The notes beneath the pieces were generated by a model, which saw nothing but the letters and a program-made list of their open reading frames with translations, was not told the DNA's origin and did not search any database. Both the position numbers and the translations under genes were made by a program. DNA of 64,000 nucleotides from Escherichia coli (GTDB taxonomy: Bacteria; Pseudomonadota; Gammaproteobacteria; Enterobacterales; Enterobacteriaceae): the NCBI RefSeq assembly GCF_001677475.2, contig NZ_CP012497.1, one strand, 5' to 3'. Position 1 is the stretch's first letter; each line of letters opens with the position of its first letter. Shown here piece after piece: positions 30,699-44,600 of this stretch.

Positions 30699-30727
30699 AA
30701 CCCCGGCAGCCGCCGGGGTTATTTTTG
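30699..30727. terminator. Rho-independent terminator
   Basis: CCCCGGC-AGC-CGCCGGGG hairpin followed by TTATTTTT. Confidence 0.55.
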
Positions 30728-30731
30728 GTGG

Positions 30732-33462
<2,731 letters not shown>

Positions 33463-33528
33463 TTAATTAGAATAATTCGCATCGTGTTTTAACGGAATTT
33501 AACACTAGTCACTTGTTAAGGATTACCA

Positions 33529-36500
33529 ATGAACAAGCTATCTATGGGGGTGTTTCGCTGTTCAAGTGTCAGCGAAATATTGAAATACATTAGGGCAATA
33601 ACATCTCACCGAGCGCCGATTAAATACGGCGTGGAAAAGGTGGAAGGCAAAAGCTATGACCGACTGCGCCGGGAGGCGAATCAGAAGGCGATAGATTTGC
33701 TTAATTCGCTGGTGGACGGCGCGACACTGACAGATGAACAGCGCCAGATCCTGGCTGGGTACACCGGTGAAGGCGGCATTGGCGGGTCCGTCTCCGAATA
33801 TTACACACCAAAGCCGATCGCTGAAGGTGTCTGGGAGATCATGAAGCTCTACGGCGCGGACGTAGGTAACACTCTGGAACCATCGGCGGGAACTGGCGTT
33901 TTTAATGAGACAAAACCGGTTGGTACGGTGATGACCGCGACTGAGATCAGCAGTGTTTCCGGTCGTATAAACCAGTTGTTACACCCGGAAGACAGCGTAC
34001 AGATTTCCCCGTTCGAACAGCTGGCTATAAGCACACCTAACGATTCATTCGACCATGTTGTGGGTAACGTTCCGTTCGGCGGTCGTGATAACACACGCAA
34101 CATCGATAAGCCTTACGCAGAAGAAACGGACATGGGTTCTTACTTCATGCTCCGCATGCTGGACAAGATAAAGCCAGGCGGATTCATGTGCGTGATTGTG
34201 CCGCCGTCCATTGTTTCAGGTTCAAACATGAAGCGGTTACGCCTGCGCCTATCACGGAAAGCTGAATTTCTTGGTGCCCACCGCTTGCCTACCGGTACTT
34301 TTGACGCAAACGGGACCAGTACAGTCGTTGATGTGGTGCTGATGCGCAAACATCCGGCAGAGATGGCTGAGAAAATCCCCCTGGTGGATGAAAGCACTCT
34401 TGAATCGGCAAATGTGCTTTGGCCAACGTTTATTTCTGGCAAGTGGTTTGAAAAGGATGGCCGCCGGTTTGTTCATGGTACCCAGGAAAAGGGCTTCCAG
34501 GGGCGTATTGAGGTTCGTGCCGACGGGCAGATTGATAACCAGGCTCTTAAAGCGAAGCTGATTCATCGTTTCGAAAGTCGTATCGACTGGTCTTTGCTCG
34601 ATATGGCTGAACCGTCACCGACCGCAGATGTTGTTGATGAAGGGGAAATGCGCCTGATTAATGGCGTATGGCAAAAATATGCTGGTGGTCGCTGGATTGA
34701 AGCTGATGCTGGTAAGGAGCTTAAGATTGATGCTGCCAGTTATGGCGCGGATAGCTGGGAGGCTCTTCAGCGTAACCTGACTACAACAGAAGGCCGTCTC
34801 GGTATGACATTTACCCAGATGGCAAATGTCCGCGATAAGTACACCACATCAATCAGCGACGATATGGTGCAGCTGGTGGACTGGATTAACAGCCAGCCTG
34901 AAAAATACCGTGAACGCTTGTATCGCGGGGCGATGATTGGCCGGATGTTAATTGAATATCAGGATATGAAGGCCGCCGGGCATAGTGCTGAACAAATCGA
35001 ACAGAAGCGCCTTTCTCTGGTATCCCGTTTGCAGGCAGAGATTGACCGTTTTGGTAACCCCGGTCGCGGTCCGATAGCTAAATTATCGGGAAGCGGTGCG
35101 CGCGCCTGGTTTGCTTTCCGTGGGGCAATTAAGCTGGATGGCACTATTTCTGACGAGCTGACAGGAAAGCTGGTTACGCATGATTCCAGCGCCAGTTATG
35201 ACTCCACCAGCTATCAGGACACCCTGCGTTATCTCTATAGCGATCTTACCCGCGATCCAATCCAGCTCGATGATTTCCGCCTTGCGTTTACCGGCGAACT
35301 GCCAGCCAGTGATGAAGAGTTGCTTAATTTATTGGCCAGCACCCCTGGTATTGCGGTTTCACCGTATGGCGGGATTGTTCCGTTCGCCCGCGCCACCAGC
35401 GGCGACATTAACGAGATAGTGGCTCCAAAACAGGAATTCCTTGCCACACTCCCCGACGGTCCAGTAAAGAACAACGTCCTTAATCAGCTGGCAGCGATCG
35501 AAGAGAAGCGCATCAAGACGCCAGCAGAGAATATCCGCTTTAAGCTCAATAGCCGTTGGTTCGACCGCTCCGTCATTCTGGAGTTTTTGCAGAAAAACGG
35601 CTATCCGGATCTGCGCTATGTGCAGTCAGTGCAGCTGGAAGGCGACGAAATGGTTTCTGACACCTATCACGGTGGTGATGGTCTGTTCGTCGGGCACCGA
35701 TACGGTGTCGTCCAGCGCAAGGATAAAGAAACAGGCGAGATCCGCTACGAGTGGGACCGTAAATCAGGTGAAAACGCGACCGGGTTCCCGGCACAGCTGG
35801 AAAAGTATCTCAATGGTGCGCGTATCGGTGGCAAAGATAGCGCGACGGCGAACGGCTACCGCGAGCAGATGGCACTGCTTGAGGACCAGTTCAATAAGTG
35901 GATCAAGACGCACGATCGCTACGATGAGCTGGTTGCCAAATACAACGATGTGTTCAATAGCAATATCCCGTATGAACACTCTGGCGATCCGCTTGGGTTG
36001 AAGGGATTAAGCGGTAAGCGTCAGCCATTTGATTACCAGAATAGCGAGGTGCGCCGACTGTCCGAAGATGGGCGCGGCATCCTGGGCTTCGGCACCGGGC
36101 TGGGTAAAACCACGACCGCGCTGGCACTTGAGGCGTTCAACTATGAGAACGGTCGCTCCACCCGTACTGCGTATGTAGTGCCTAAATCAGTGCTGGAAAA
36201 CTGGTATTACGAAGCAAAAGAATTCCTGAGTGAAGAGGCATTCAGTAACTACCTGTTCGTCGGTCTTGATGTGCTGATGGATGGCGATCAGATTCGCCAG
36301 GTGCCGGTGCTCGATGAGAACGGTAAACCTGTTCTTGGTGCTGATGGCACTCCAGTTATGCGCGATGCTCTTAAGCTGGCAGATGAAGCCACTATCACGG
36401 CGCGGATGAATGCGATCCCGCACTCAAATTACCGTGCAGTCGTGTTTACCAAAGAACAATACGCCCGCATTCCGCTACGTGATGACACCGTAGATGAGCA

Positions 36501-39500
36501 TGCACAAGACATGCTTTATGACTTCGTTGCTGCCGGACGTGTGGCCAGCGCAATGGATTCCGATTCCCATCGCAAAGAGGCGGCGCGTCGCCGGGTATTG
36601 TCGGAGTATTCAGATACCGGTACCGAAAAAGCAGAGAAGTATCCGTACTTTGAGGATATGGGCTTCGACAGCGTGATCGCCGACGAAGGCCACAACTACC
36701 GCAATAGCTATAAAAATGGTCGCGAAGCGTCACAACTGGCCTATCTGCCCACCAGTGCGGTGGCGCAATCGGCGCGGGATATGGCAATTAAAAACGCGTA
36801 CCTGATGAAAAAGAATGGCGGGCGCGGACCGGTTCTCCTGACTGCAACGCCAGTCGTTAACACCCCGATCGATGCATACAACATGCTTTCTCATGTTCTG
36901 CCGAAGGAATACTGGCAGAAGATGGGGATCTACGGTCCTGATGACTTCGTTAAATTCTTCGGCAAGACCAGGCTGGAAACGGTACAGAAAATCAGCGGTG
37001 AAGTTGAAGAAAAAATGGCGCTGGTGGGCTTTGAAAACCTTGATGCGCTGCGCGGTATATTCCATCGCTGGGTAACGCTTAAAACGGCGGAAGACGTTAA
37101 GGATACCGTGGAGATCCCGGAGCTGGACGAACACCAGCAGGATGCACCACTTACTGAAGAACAACTGGCGGCGTATGAAGAATTGCGTCAGCAGGCGGAA
37201 GCGGCAGCAAAAGCCAACAATGGCGTAACGACCTCGGTTAATGAAGACGGCGTGATTGAGCACGAGAAAGCCCGTCCGATCTTCTCAATAATCAGGGATA
37301 TGGACCGCGTATGTACTGACATGGACCTGTACTATCGCCGGATCACCTATCGTTTCCTGCCGGAGTACGCCGATGCGGTGCAGCAGCTGGCGGACAGTTT
37401 GCCTAAACAAGCCACCAGCGAAGACGACGACAGTGATGATTCAATCACGCAGCAATCGCAATACTCCCTGATAGATAAGGGCGAGTTTATTCAGTTGCAG
37501 GTTCCGGAAGCGTTTGAGCAGGAAGTGAATAAGCGCCTGGCCAAGTTTGGCATTGACGAACAGACCGTAACTCACCCCGTTACGCCCAAATACGCGAAGC
37601 TGATCGCCACGCTGAAGGAGTTTTTCCCGGAAGGTAAGCAAATCATCTTCACCGATGAAAAAACGCAACACCAGAAGCTCAAACGCATTATCTGCAATGC
37701 TCTTAACCTTGAACCTTCAAAGGTGGGGATCCTGAATGCTCAGACGGTTGCCGAGGCAGGCAAAACCGGTCAGAAACTGAAAGCTGTTAAACCGCCGAAA
37801 GAGCTACCGGATGAACCAACAGATGCACAGATAGCGAAATACAACGAGCAAATGGCTCTGTATGACGCCTATATCGCGCAGCAAAATGAAATGTCGTTGG
37901 GCGGTCTGGAAAAGATTGCAGCCGACTTCCAGGAGGGCTGGACTCCGATCATCATCTGCAACAAAAAGGCAGAGGTGGGTATCAACCTGCATCGAGGAAC
38001 GACTGACATCCATCATCTGACGTTGCCATGGACACCAGCCAGTATCGCACAGCGTAACGGTCGCGGTGCCCGAGTTGGCTCCAACCGTGCAAGCGTTCGC
38101 GTTCATTACTACTGCGGCAAGGGTTCTTTCGATGAATACCGACTTAAGACGCTGAAGCGTAAAGCAGGCTGGATCTCCGATATCCTCCGTTCAGATAAGT
38201 CAGAAATGGAGAACGCCGACGCCAACGATATGATCGAAATGCAGATGTATACCGCTAAGGATGATGGCGAACGTCTGGCAATGATGCAGGTTCAAATGGA
38301 TAAGGCGAAAGCCGCGCAACGCGCTCGCCAGAAAGAACAGGCTACTATCGACCTTCAGAACTACATCAAGGCGCAGCACGCAGCTGGCGAGGATGTGGAG
38401 GTACTTACCGCTGAATTAGAGCGAAGCAAAGCGGAATTTGAAAAGAGCACCGACGAGGTAGCTAAATTCAAACAGGCGGTAATGGCCAAAGCAGCTGATA
38501 ACGCAGACTGGAAGGCCCGCTGGGGGAGTGTCCATCACACAGACCGTATGTTGTTAGCACAGTATCGCGCGTCGTTGAAAAGCGCCATTCAGCGCAAGGC
38601 TAATATCTCTCAAGCCATTTCCCGCTATGAGAAATTATTGAACCGTACTCAGAAGGCCGCGACGGATATCAAACGCCTGCGCCCGCTGGTGGAGGATGCA
38701 ATAAATAAAGGCATTCTGGATGTTGATCCTGATCTGGTTAACCATGCGAATGAGTTCCTTGTTATCGGCGATCGCTCATGGCGTGTAGGCCAATACTACG
38801 ATTGTGCCGGTGATATCGTTCGCATTAAGTCGCTGGACTTCGACAGCCAGCGCGCAGACGTGGAGATTATCTTTACCTTCAAAGGCACCAAATCGGGTAA
38901 CTGGGATGTGAAGACGCTGGATAAACAGGTGGATGTAACTCCCGATGAAGATGCTGTTATGCAGAAAATCAGTGGTGGCGTCTCCATCGCCGGGATTAAC
39001 GACATCATTTCCTGTGACGATTTCTACCGTTTCCAGCAGCGCGGCATGATCAAAATCACTGACTCATACGGCGTTCAGACTACAGAGTCAGGCTATAGCA
39101 TTGATTTTGTCGGTACCTATACGAACCCACTGAAGCATGCGGTTTACCCGGATCGCCGTGACGGCGCGCTGAAGTCGTCAATTGCAAAATGGGTGCTTGG
39201 TATGATGTCGGAAGGGAATAACCGCCAGGTCCGTTTGGCAGAAGTATTCCTGACTGAACTGTTTGGCTCCAATTATGGCGATGTAATCGCGTCATACGGA
39301 GATACGCTATCTCCTGAAGCAATTCAGGAGAAAATAGCGGATGCGATCGCCAGAATGCCGGAGAAAACAAGCCAGGGGGCTACTCGTAACGGGGATTCTG
39401 AACTTGAGGTCACCAATGCTATTTTCGGTACCCATGAGTTCCGGTCGTCAGATTATGAGATCACCACAACACAGTTTGGCACCATTGACATTTACAGCAA

Positions 39501-40296
39501 TAAAGATGAGATCAAGCAGGCAATGGACGCAGCAAGCGCGCGCATTGCAGCAGAACGGAAAGCCAATCTGAATCATGCAGTCGCCGCGCTGACTCAATCG
39601 TGGGTAACAGCAATCAGGGAGGCCGCCACCACAGGGAAAATCACACCTGCAATTGCGGATGTCGTAAACGAAGGCTCTAAATTTATGGATGCCTATAAAA
39701 TGGATTCGGTGCAGTTGCCATCAGCCTATGGCCAACTCAGCTATCGCATGACCTACAACCTGGTATCAATGTTTTCTGACCTTGCCATTCTTGGGCTGGT
39801 GGACCTTAACGAGGTTACGCCGGAATTGCTCAGCATGCGCAAGAATCATGTGGAGATATTGCAGAGAATTAACACGGCACTTGCCGGGCGCACTGATGAA
39901 GAGAAACAGGCCGACGCTGATCGGATAAACCTGGCCCTAGGCAACATCACGGAGGAAGAAATTGCCGCCAGAAACGAGAAACAAGAAGAGTTATCATCAA
40001 TACAGGGTGATGCCACCAGCATAGCTCAGTCTCTTGGTCTGAATTATCGCGTATCCACCGCCGACTTGAAGATGATGTACGCACCAAAATTCGCCGCTGG
40101 TGAGGTATTTGGGCTTCAGGAGGCGTCCGGCATGAAAGGCATTCTTTTCCGTGCGAAAGACGCAATCAAGGCGAAATTCGGCGCTCGCTGGCTGCCAGCG
40201 AAGGCGAAGAACAGCGATTTCCCGGGTAACTGGTGGATTATCGAGACAAAACACAACGTGGCGGACGTTCTGGCCGTCATCCAACAATACGCATAA
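33529..40296 (+). CDS. darB: DarB antirestriction protein (N6-adenine methyltransferase plus SF2 helicase)
   Basis: 2255 aa; MTase-like motifs EPSAGTGVF and GNVPFG; helicase motif I GFGTGLGKTT and motif II VIADEGHNY. Confidence 0.85.
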   Translation: MNKLSMGVFRCSSVSEILKYIRAITSHRAPIKYGVEKVEGKSYDRLRREANQKAIDLLNSLVDGATLTDEQRQILAGYTGEGGIGGSVSEYYTPKPIAEGVWEIMKLYGADVGNTLEPSAGTGVFNETKPVGTVMTATEISSVSGRINQLLHPEDSVQISPFEQLAISTPNDSFDHVVGNVPFGGRDNTRNIDKPYAEETDMGSYFMLRMLDKIKPGGFMCVIVPPSIVSGSNMKRLRLRLSRKAEFLGAHRLPTGTFDANGTSTVVDVVLMRKHPAEMAEKIPLVDESTLESANVLWPTFISGKWFEKDGRRFVHGTQEKGFQGRIEVRADGQIDNQALKAKLIHRFESRIDWSLLDMAEPSPTADVVDEGEMRLINGVWQKYAGGRWIEADAGKELKIDAASYGADSWEALQRNLTTTEGRLGMTFTQMANVRDKYTTSISDDMVQLVDWINSQPEKYRERLYRGAMIGRMLIEYQDMKAAGHSAEQIEQKRLSLVSRLQAEIDRFGNPGRGPIAKLSGSGARAWFAFRGAIKLDGTISDELTGKLVTHDSSASYDSTSYQDTLRYLYSDLTRDPIQLDDFRLAFTGELPASDEELLNLLASTPGIAVSPYGGIVPFARATSGDINEIVAPKQEFLATLPDGPVKNNVLNQLAAIEEKRIKTPAENIRFKLNSRWFDRSVILEFLQKNGYPDLRYVQSVQLEGDEMVSDTYHGGDGLFVGHRYGVVQRKDKETGEIRYEWDRKSGENATGFPAQLEKYLNGARIGGKDSATANGYREQMALLEDQFNKWIKTHDRYDELVAKYNDVFNSNIPYEHSGDPLGLKGLSGKRQPFDYQNSEVRRLSEDGRGILGFGTGLGKTTTALALEAFNYENGRSTRTAYVVPKSVLENWYYEAKEFLSEEAFSNYLFVGLDVLMDGDQIRQVPVLDENGKPVLGADGTPVMRDALKLADEATITARMNAIPHSNYRAVVFTKEQYARIPLRDDTVDEHAQDMLYDFVAAGRVASAMDSDSHRKEAARRRVLSEYSDTGTEKAEKYPYFEDMGFDSVIADEGHNYRNSYKNGREASQLAYLPTSAVAQSARDMAIKNAYLMKKNGGRGPVLLTATPVVNTPIDAYNMLSHVLPKEYWQKMGIYGPDDFVKFFGKTRLETVQKISGEVEEKMALVGFENLDALRGIFHRWVTLKTAEDVKDTVEIPELDEHQQDAPLTEEQLAAYEELRQQAEAAAKANNGVTTSVNEDGVIEHEKARPIFSIIRDMDRVCTDMDLYYRRITYRFLPEYADAVQQLADSLPKQATSEDDDSDDSITQQSQYSLIDKGEFIQLQVPEAFEQEVNKRLAKFGIDEQTVTHPVTPKYAKLIATLKEFFPEGKQIIFTDEKTQHQKLKRIICNALNLEPSKVGILNAQTVAEAGKTGQKLKAVKPPKELPDEPTDAQIAKYNEQMALYDAYIAQQNEMSLGGLEKIAADFQEGWTPIIICNKKAEVGINLHRGTTDIHHLTLPWTPASIAQRNGRGARVGSNRASVRVHYYCGKGSFDEYRLKTLKRKAGWISDILRSDKSEMENADANDMIEMQMYTAKDDGERLAMMQVQMDKAKAAQRARQKEQATIDLQNYIKAQHAAGEDVEVLTAELERSKAEFEKSTDEVAKFKQAVMAKAADNADWKARWGSVHHTDRMLLAQYRASLKSAIQRKANISQAISRYEKLLNRTQKAATDIKRLRPLVEDAINKGILDVDPDLVNHANEFLVIGDRSWRVGQYYDCAGDIVRIKSLDFDSQRADVEIIFTFKGTKSGNWDVKTLDKQVDVTPDEDAVMQKISGGVSIAGINDIISCDDFYRFQQRGMIKITDSYGVQTTESGYSIDFVGTYTNPLKHAVYPDRRDGALKSSIAKWVLGMMSEGNNRQVRLAEVFLTELFGSNYGDVIASYGDTLSPEAIQEKIADAIARMPEKTSQGATRNGDSELEVTNAIFGTHEFRSSDYEITTTQFGTIDIYSNKDEIKQAMDAASARIAAERKANLNHAVAALTQSWVTAIREAATTGKITPAIADVVNEGSKFMDAYKMDSVQLPSAYGQLSYRMTYNLVSMFSDLAILGLVDLNEVTPELLSMRKNHVEILQRINTALAGRTDEEKQADADRINLALGNITEEEIAARNEKQEELSSIQGDATSIAQSLGLNYRVSTADLKMMYAPKFAAGEVFGLQEASGMKGILFRAKDAIKAKFGARWLPAKAKNSDFPGNWWIIETKHNVADVLAVIQQYA

Positions 40297-40329
40297 CAGG
40301 AGCGCCCGGTTCGCCGGGCGTCGCATAAT

Positions 40330-40770
40330 ATGGCCACACTATCTGATACAATAAAACCGAATAAAACATATCTTGAGGCGGTACTCCGTACAGCGTTGTT
40401 AGGAAAGACAGAAGACGAATACGTTGATTTCTTCCTGTCAGGGCTACGCGGGCGATTACTGAAAAATCCCCGCCTGTACCGCAGCTACGGCCCATACTGG
40501 CCGGAAATTAAAAAATTATTACTGGAGCGCGGTTATGGTAATTTCGGTCGTCTCGTTGACCGTGACGTTCGCAAAATTTACCGTTATGACCGCCCGGCGC
40601 TGACGCTCATAGCCGCGACGCTCTACAGCCAGGAGCGTTTTGATAATGGTCAGATATACTCAGCCTGGCATTTACTGCCAGTGCCTGAAGAGGTTGACGA
40701 CCAGGACTATGAGTTTGAGTCTTACGATTTGGAAGTTGAAGCCTTAGCACAGGCTGGAGAGAAAACTTGA
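40330..40770 (+). CDS. Hypothetical protein (ulx position)
   Basis: 146-aa ORF 34 bp downstream of darB. Confidence 0.35.
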   Translation: MATLSDTIKPNKTYLEAVLRTALLGKTEDEYVDFFLSGLRGRLLKNPRLYRSYGPYWPEIKKLLLERGYGNFGRLVDRDVRKIYRYDRPALTLIAATLYSQERFDNGQIYSAWHLLPVPEEVDDQDYEFESYDLEVEALAQAGEKT

Positions 40771-41015
40771 AAAAGCGATACTACACAGTAAAGCATGGGA
40801 CGCTACGAGCATTACAAGAGTTTGCTGATAAGCATAACGTTGAGGTGCGCAGGGAAGGGGGAAGTAAAGCTCTGCGGATGTACCGTCCGGACGGAAAATG
40901 GCGGACGGTCGTCGATTTCAAAACTAACAGCGTTCCCCAGGGCGTCCGCGACCGGGCATTCGAAGAATGGGAGCAAATCATCATAGATAATGCATTGCTC
41001 CTGAATATAGATTGA
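40767..41015 (+). CDS. Lxc/Bof-like small protein (by size and position)
   Basis: 82 aa, 4-bp overlap with the upstream ORF. Confidence 0.35.
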   Translation: MKKRYYTVKHGTLRALQEFADKHNVEVRREGGSKALRMYRPDGKWRTVVDFKTNSVPQGVRDRAFEEWEQIIIDNALLLNID

Positions 41016-41155
41016 TATACTTAAAGGTTGCGGTTACTGGCCCCTCTGATAGCCATACTCCATGAAGAGCAAACTTGTGAAGTTCCATATCTTCATGCGT
41101 TTCTTGGTCATGGAGTATTTATATTGTATAGGTAGATATTGTTTGAGTGCAGTTA

Positions 41156-41500
41156 TCACTGCATCGAGATGTAATTAGGACATGGTAATATACATTTCTT
41201 GAACGTACTATCTTTACCGGAGAACTTTATTCTCACATAAGGGGATAATGAAATATCTACCCAGAATGTGATGTCATTATGAATTCCTAACTTTTTGTAT
41301 ATTTTGTATTTCTGAAAAGAAACTGTTTTAATGCTGCGAAATCGGGACTTTGATATCTGAGTGATATTATATCCCTTTAATAATAACTCAAGTACGCTGC
41401 ATTCAGCTTCTGTCAATGATGCAGATATCCACACATGAACTGTAATATCATGCCTTTCTATATGTGCTTTTATATAACAAGTTTCTTTTTTATTATTCAT
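41156..41500 (-). CDS. LuxR/GerE-type HTH transcriptional regulator (small, no receiver domain)
   Basis: 114 aa; LTEAECSVLELLLKGYNITQISKSRFRSIKTVSFQKYKIYKKLGI matches the LuxR C-terminal HTH; AT-rich context. Confidence 0.55.
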   Translation of the reverse strand: MNNKKETCYIKAHIERHDITVHVWISASLTEAECSVLELLLKGYNITQISKSRFRSIKTVSFQKYKIYKKLGIHNDITFWVDISLSPYVRIKFSGKDSTFKKCILPCPNYISMQ

Positions 41501-41604
41501 TTTGTTAATATATATATCAAAAGATAGAAATAATGGAATATCGGTGTCATGGTAAAGAGCAGTCCATCCATGGTTCTGCTCTTTGTTCTTAGATGCTATT
41601 TAGT

Positions 41605-44600
41605 TCAGAAGGTATACTTCACACCCAACATTGCAGATGTGTCGTTATACCCTTTGTCACCGACTTGAACACCTACATTCCCCCACAGGTTCAGTCTGGA
41701 ATTTATCTGCCCCTCAACACCGGTTTTTATTTCTCCGATATTACGGGCACCGTCCTGATGTACCGTCACACCATTCATACGAGTACCAAAATCACGGGTG
41801 TTATGCAGCCAGTTCACTTCCACAAATGGGCTGAATTCCCGGGATTTGCCTTCATCTATACGACTGTGGCTTTTAATCCATGTTTTCACGCCCAGACGGG
41901 TACGGACATTACCATCTCCGGTGCTTTCAACACGGGTACCGTTGCTTTCGCGATGTTCGTCCGCTTTAACACCCATCCAGATGACCTGAGCCTGAGGCTG
42001 GACATACCACTCATTCAAACCACCTTGGCTGCCCGTAAACTCACCAGCCTTCCAGGTATAACCAGTTTCCAGTGATGCAGTAAGTCCTTTTGATTTCCAG
42101 GATTCACTCTGCAATCCATCACCTTTAACATAGTTATCAAACCAGCTGTACTGTGCCCAAGAGTCTAGGTAAGCCCCGTTATGTGTTTCATCATTGGCAT
42201 ACCAGGTGGCATACAGCCCAGTGCTGTAACCATTCACACTACCTTTTGAACGATATCCTGTGCGCACAGATTCTGTATTATTGTGGTCATTACCGTATCC
42301 GGCCATTAAGCCAAGATGCCAGCGATCCGTTTTATTCCAACCCCACTGTGCTATATCGCCGCCCAGTTGCATAACATAACGGTTGCTTTGTGTTTTTAAC
42401 TGGTTGCTTCCGTCGCGCCAGCGATTGTGTCCACCCTCATGACGCATCCACATGCTTGTAGTTTTCAATTCACCGGTAATCACATCGGTATACTGCATTT
42501 GCCCCTGACGTTCGTGTAGGCGAGTCACGAACATAGTATTTGCAGCAGCAATGTTTGCCGTATAGCTACCAGCTTCTGGGCGAAGATCATTGTCACCTGG
42601 TGTTGGGGTCGGATTTGGCTCCGGGTCCGGGTTCGGAGTTGGATCCTCAGGTTGTTTGCCACTAGTTAGGTACCAGTTGCCATTTTTATCGCCTTGCCCC
42701 CGCCCAAGAGTGTAATCATAAGCACCAGCCGCAATTCGGCCAACTTGTACAAAGTCACCGTTAGATTGACCATCAACCTGGATAATGTTGATGCCATTGA
42801 GTGTTTGTGCCCCAATACCACCAACGTTGTTTACGGAAACAAAGGTTTTACCCTCTGTATTTCCTTTTACAACCAACTTATCGATTGGAGATGTGTCGTC
42901 ACCAAGAACGCCTGAAAAGTAGATATAGCCATTTTCGCCAGTATAATCACCATTAATTGTTAAAGTGTTTTTTGCATCGCTGCCCAAATATATAGAGCCA
43001 TTATTATTAAGATGAGCAACATCCGAATCGCTAACCATATTCCAGATGCTGTTTTTAGCTAAATTAACAATGCCACCATTATACGCGGTTCCAGTCCAGT
43101 TGGAATTTTCTAATGAAAGATTGGCAATACTGTTACTATCAGCGCGAATATCGCCATTAAAGGAAGTATTCTTGACTGTAACATCAACGTTCCCTCCCAC
43201 ACCGGCATCATTACTGGTTGAGAAGATGAATGTGCCGTTATTCTTTATTTGGCTGCCATCTAACGTGGCGGAAATAGCACCACCATTAGCATTAAAGTTA
43301 TATCTAGTTTCGCTAATCATCACCCCATTCTCTTGGGTAAGCTCAACTTTTGCATTATTGGCAGCGACTACAGAGTCAGCCTCTTTTCCTGATACATGAA
43401 TGGATGCATTATTGCCACTAATAACTGTATTGTCATCACTGACCCATATTCCATGAGCATAATCACCGCTTGTTGTAATCGATGAACCAGAACCAAGTGT
43501 AATTTTTGCAGCTGAATTTGCTGTTGCTCCATATGAGTTTAGCCCCTTAGTAATAATCTGGGCTGTATGGGCATTAACAGTGGCTTCATTTTGTGCATTT
43601 ATACCGTATGAGTCAGTACCGGCTGTATTAATAGCTATTTGCTCGAAGCTAATATCAGCTACTTTACCATGCCCCCACACACCTATTGACTGATCACCTA
43701 ATGTGGCGATTGTTGATGTTCCCGTCAGCTCTACGCGTGAATCAGGTGCTGAGTCTGAGGGATTTAAAGCCGTAACATATATACCTTTGGCTGATGTGCC
43801 ATTTGTTTTTATTGAGATACTATCACCCGTTATTATACCACCATTACCACCGGTGATATGGATGGTATTAGCCTGCGTCCCTGATGTTTCAAGAGATGCA
43901 TTTACTCCAAGATTTATATTCCCATTATTAGAGGCAGTTACGGCATGAGCTTGTTTGCCAGAAGTGGTTACCTGGAGTCCTTTAGATACAGATATACTAG
44001 AGTTATTGCCATCTGCACGTAAACCATAGCCATTTTGGCCTGAAGTGGAAATATGAACATCAGCTAATTCAGCTGAGCCAGCTGACGATGCAGATACTCC
44101 CCAAGCCCCTGTTCCATCAGTTTTAATCTGCGTATTTGTTAGTGAAACATAACCGTTGTTTTCGGCAGATATGCCACGAGCTCCCCATGCTTGTGATGGT
44201 TTTTTATCCCCCAGAGTGGTAATGGTTGAGTCGCTAATTACTATTTTGCTATTTATGCCAGAGCTAACAATACCTCTGGCATTATCTCCAGATGTGGTAA
44301 TGTTAACTTTATTTAAACTGGCTTGGCCTCCATTTAAAATAGAAACACCACTAGCATTTACACCAGATGTGTTAATATCACCTTGTTCAACAGTTAGTGA
44401 AGATTTGTCAACATTAATCCCTGTAGCGTTTATCCCACTTGTTGTAATTGACATACCGTTAGCGATAGTCATTGAAGAATTATTATCAAGTGAAATGCCA
44501 GAGGCGTTTTTGCCTTTTGTGGTTATTGTAATCCCACCTTGAGAGTTAATTTTAGACCCACTGGATATATTAACTCCGTTTGCCTTATCACCTTCTGTAG

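Noticed and set aside
33849-40495. Many short minus-strand ORFs across darB
   Set aside because: darB is a single uninterrupted 2255-codon frame with recognisable MTase and helicase motifs; the opposite-strand ORFs are shadows.
41593-44542. Several plus-strand ORFs (e.g. 41593-42075, 43046-43399, 44156-44542) inside the autotransporter region
   Set aside because: They lie antisense to a continuous 1084-aa minus-strand gene with clear domain architecture and are shadow ORFs of repetitive sequence.
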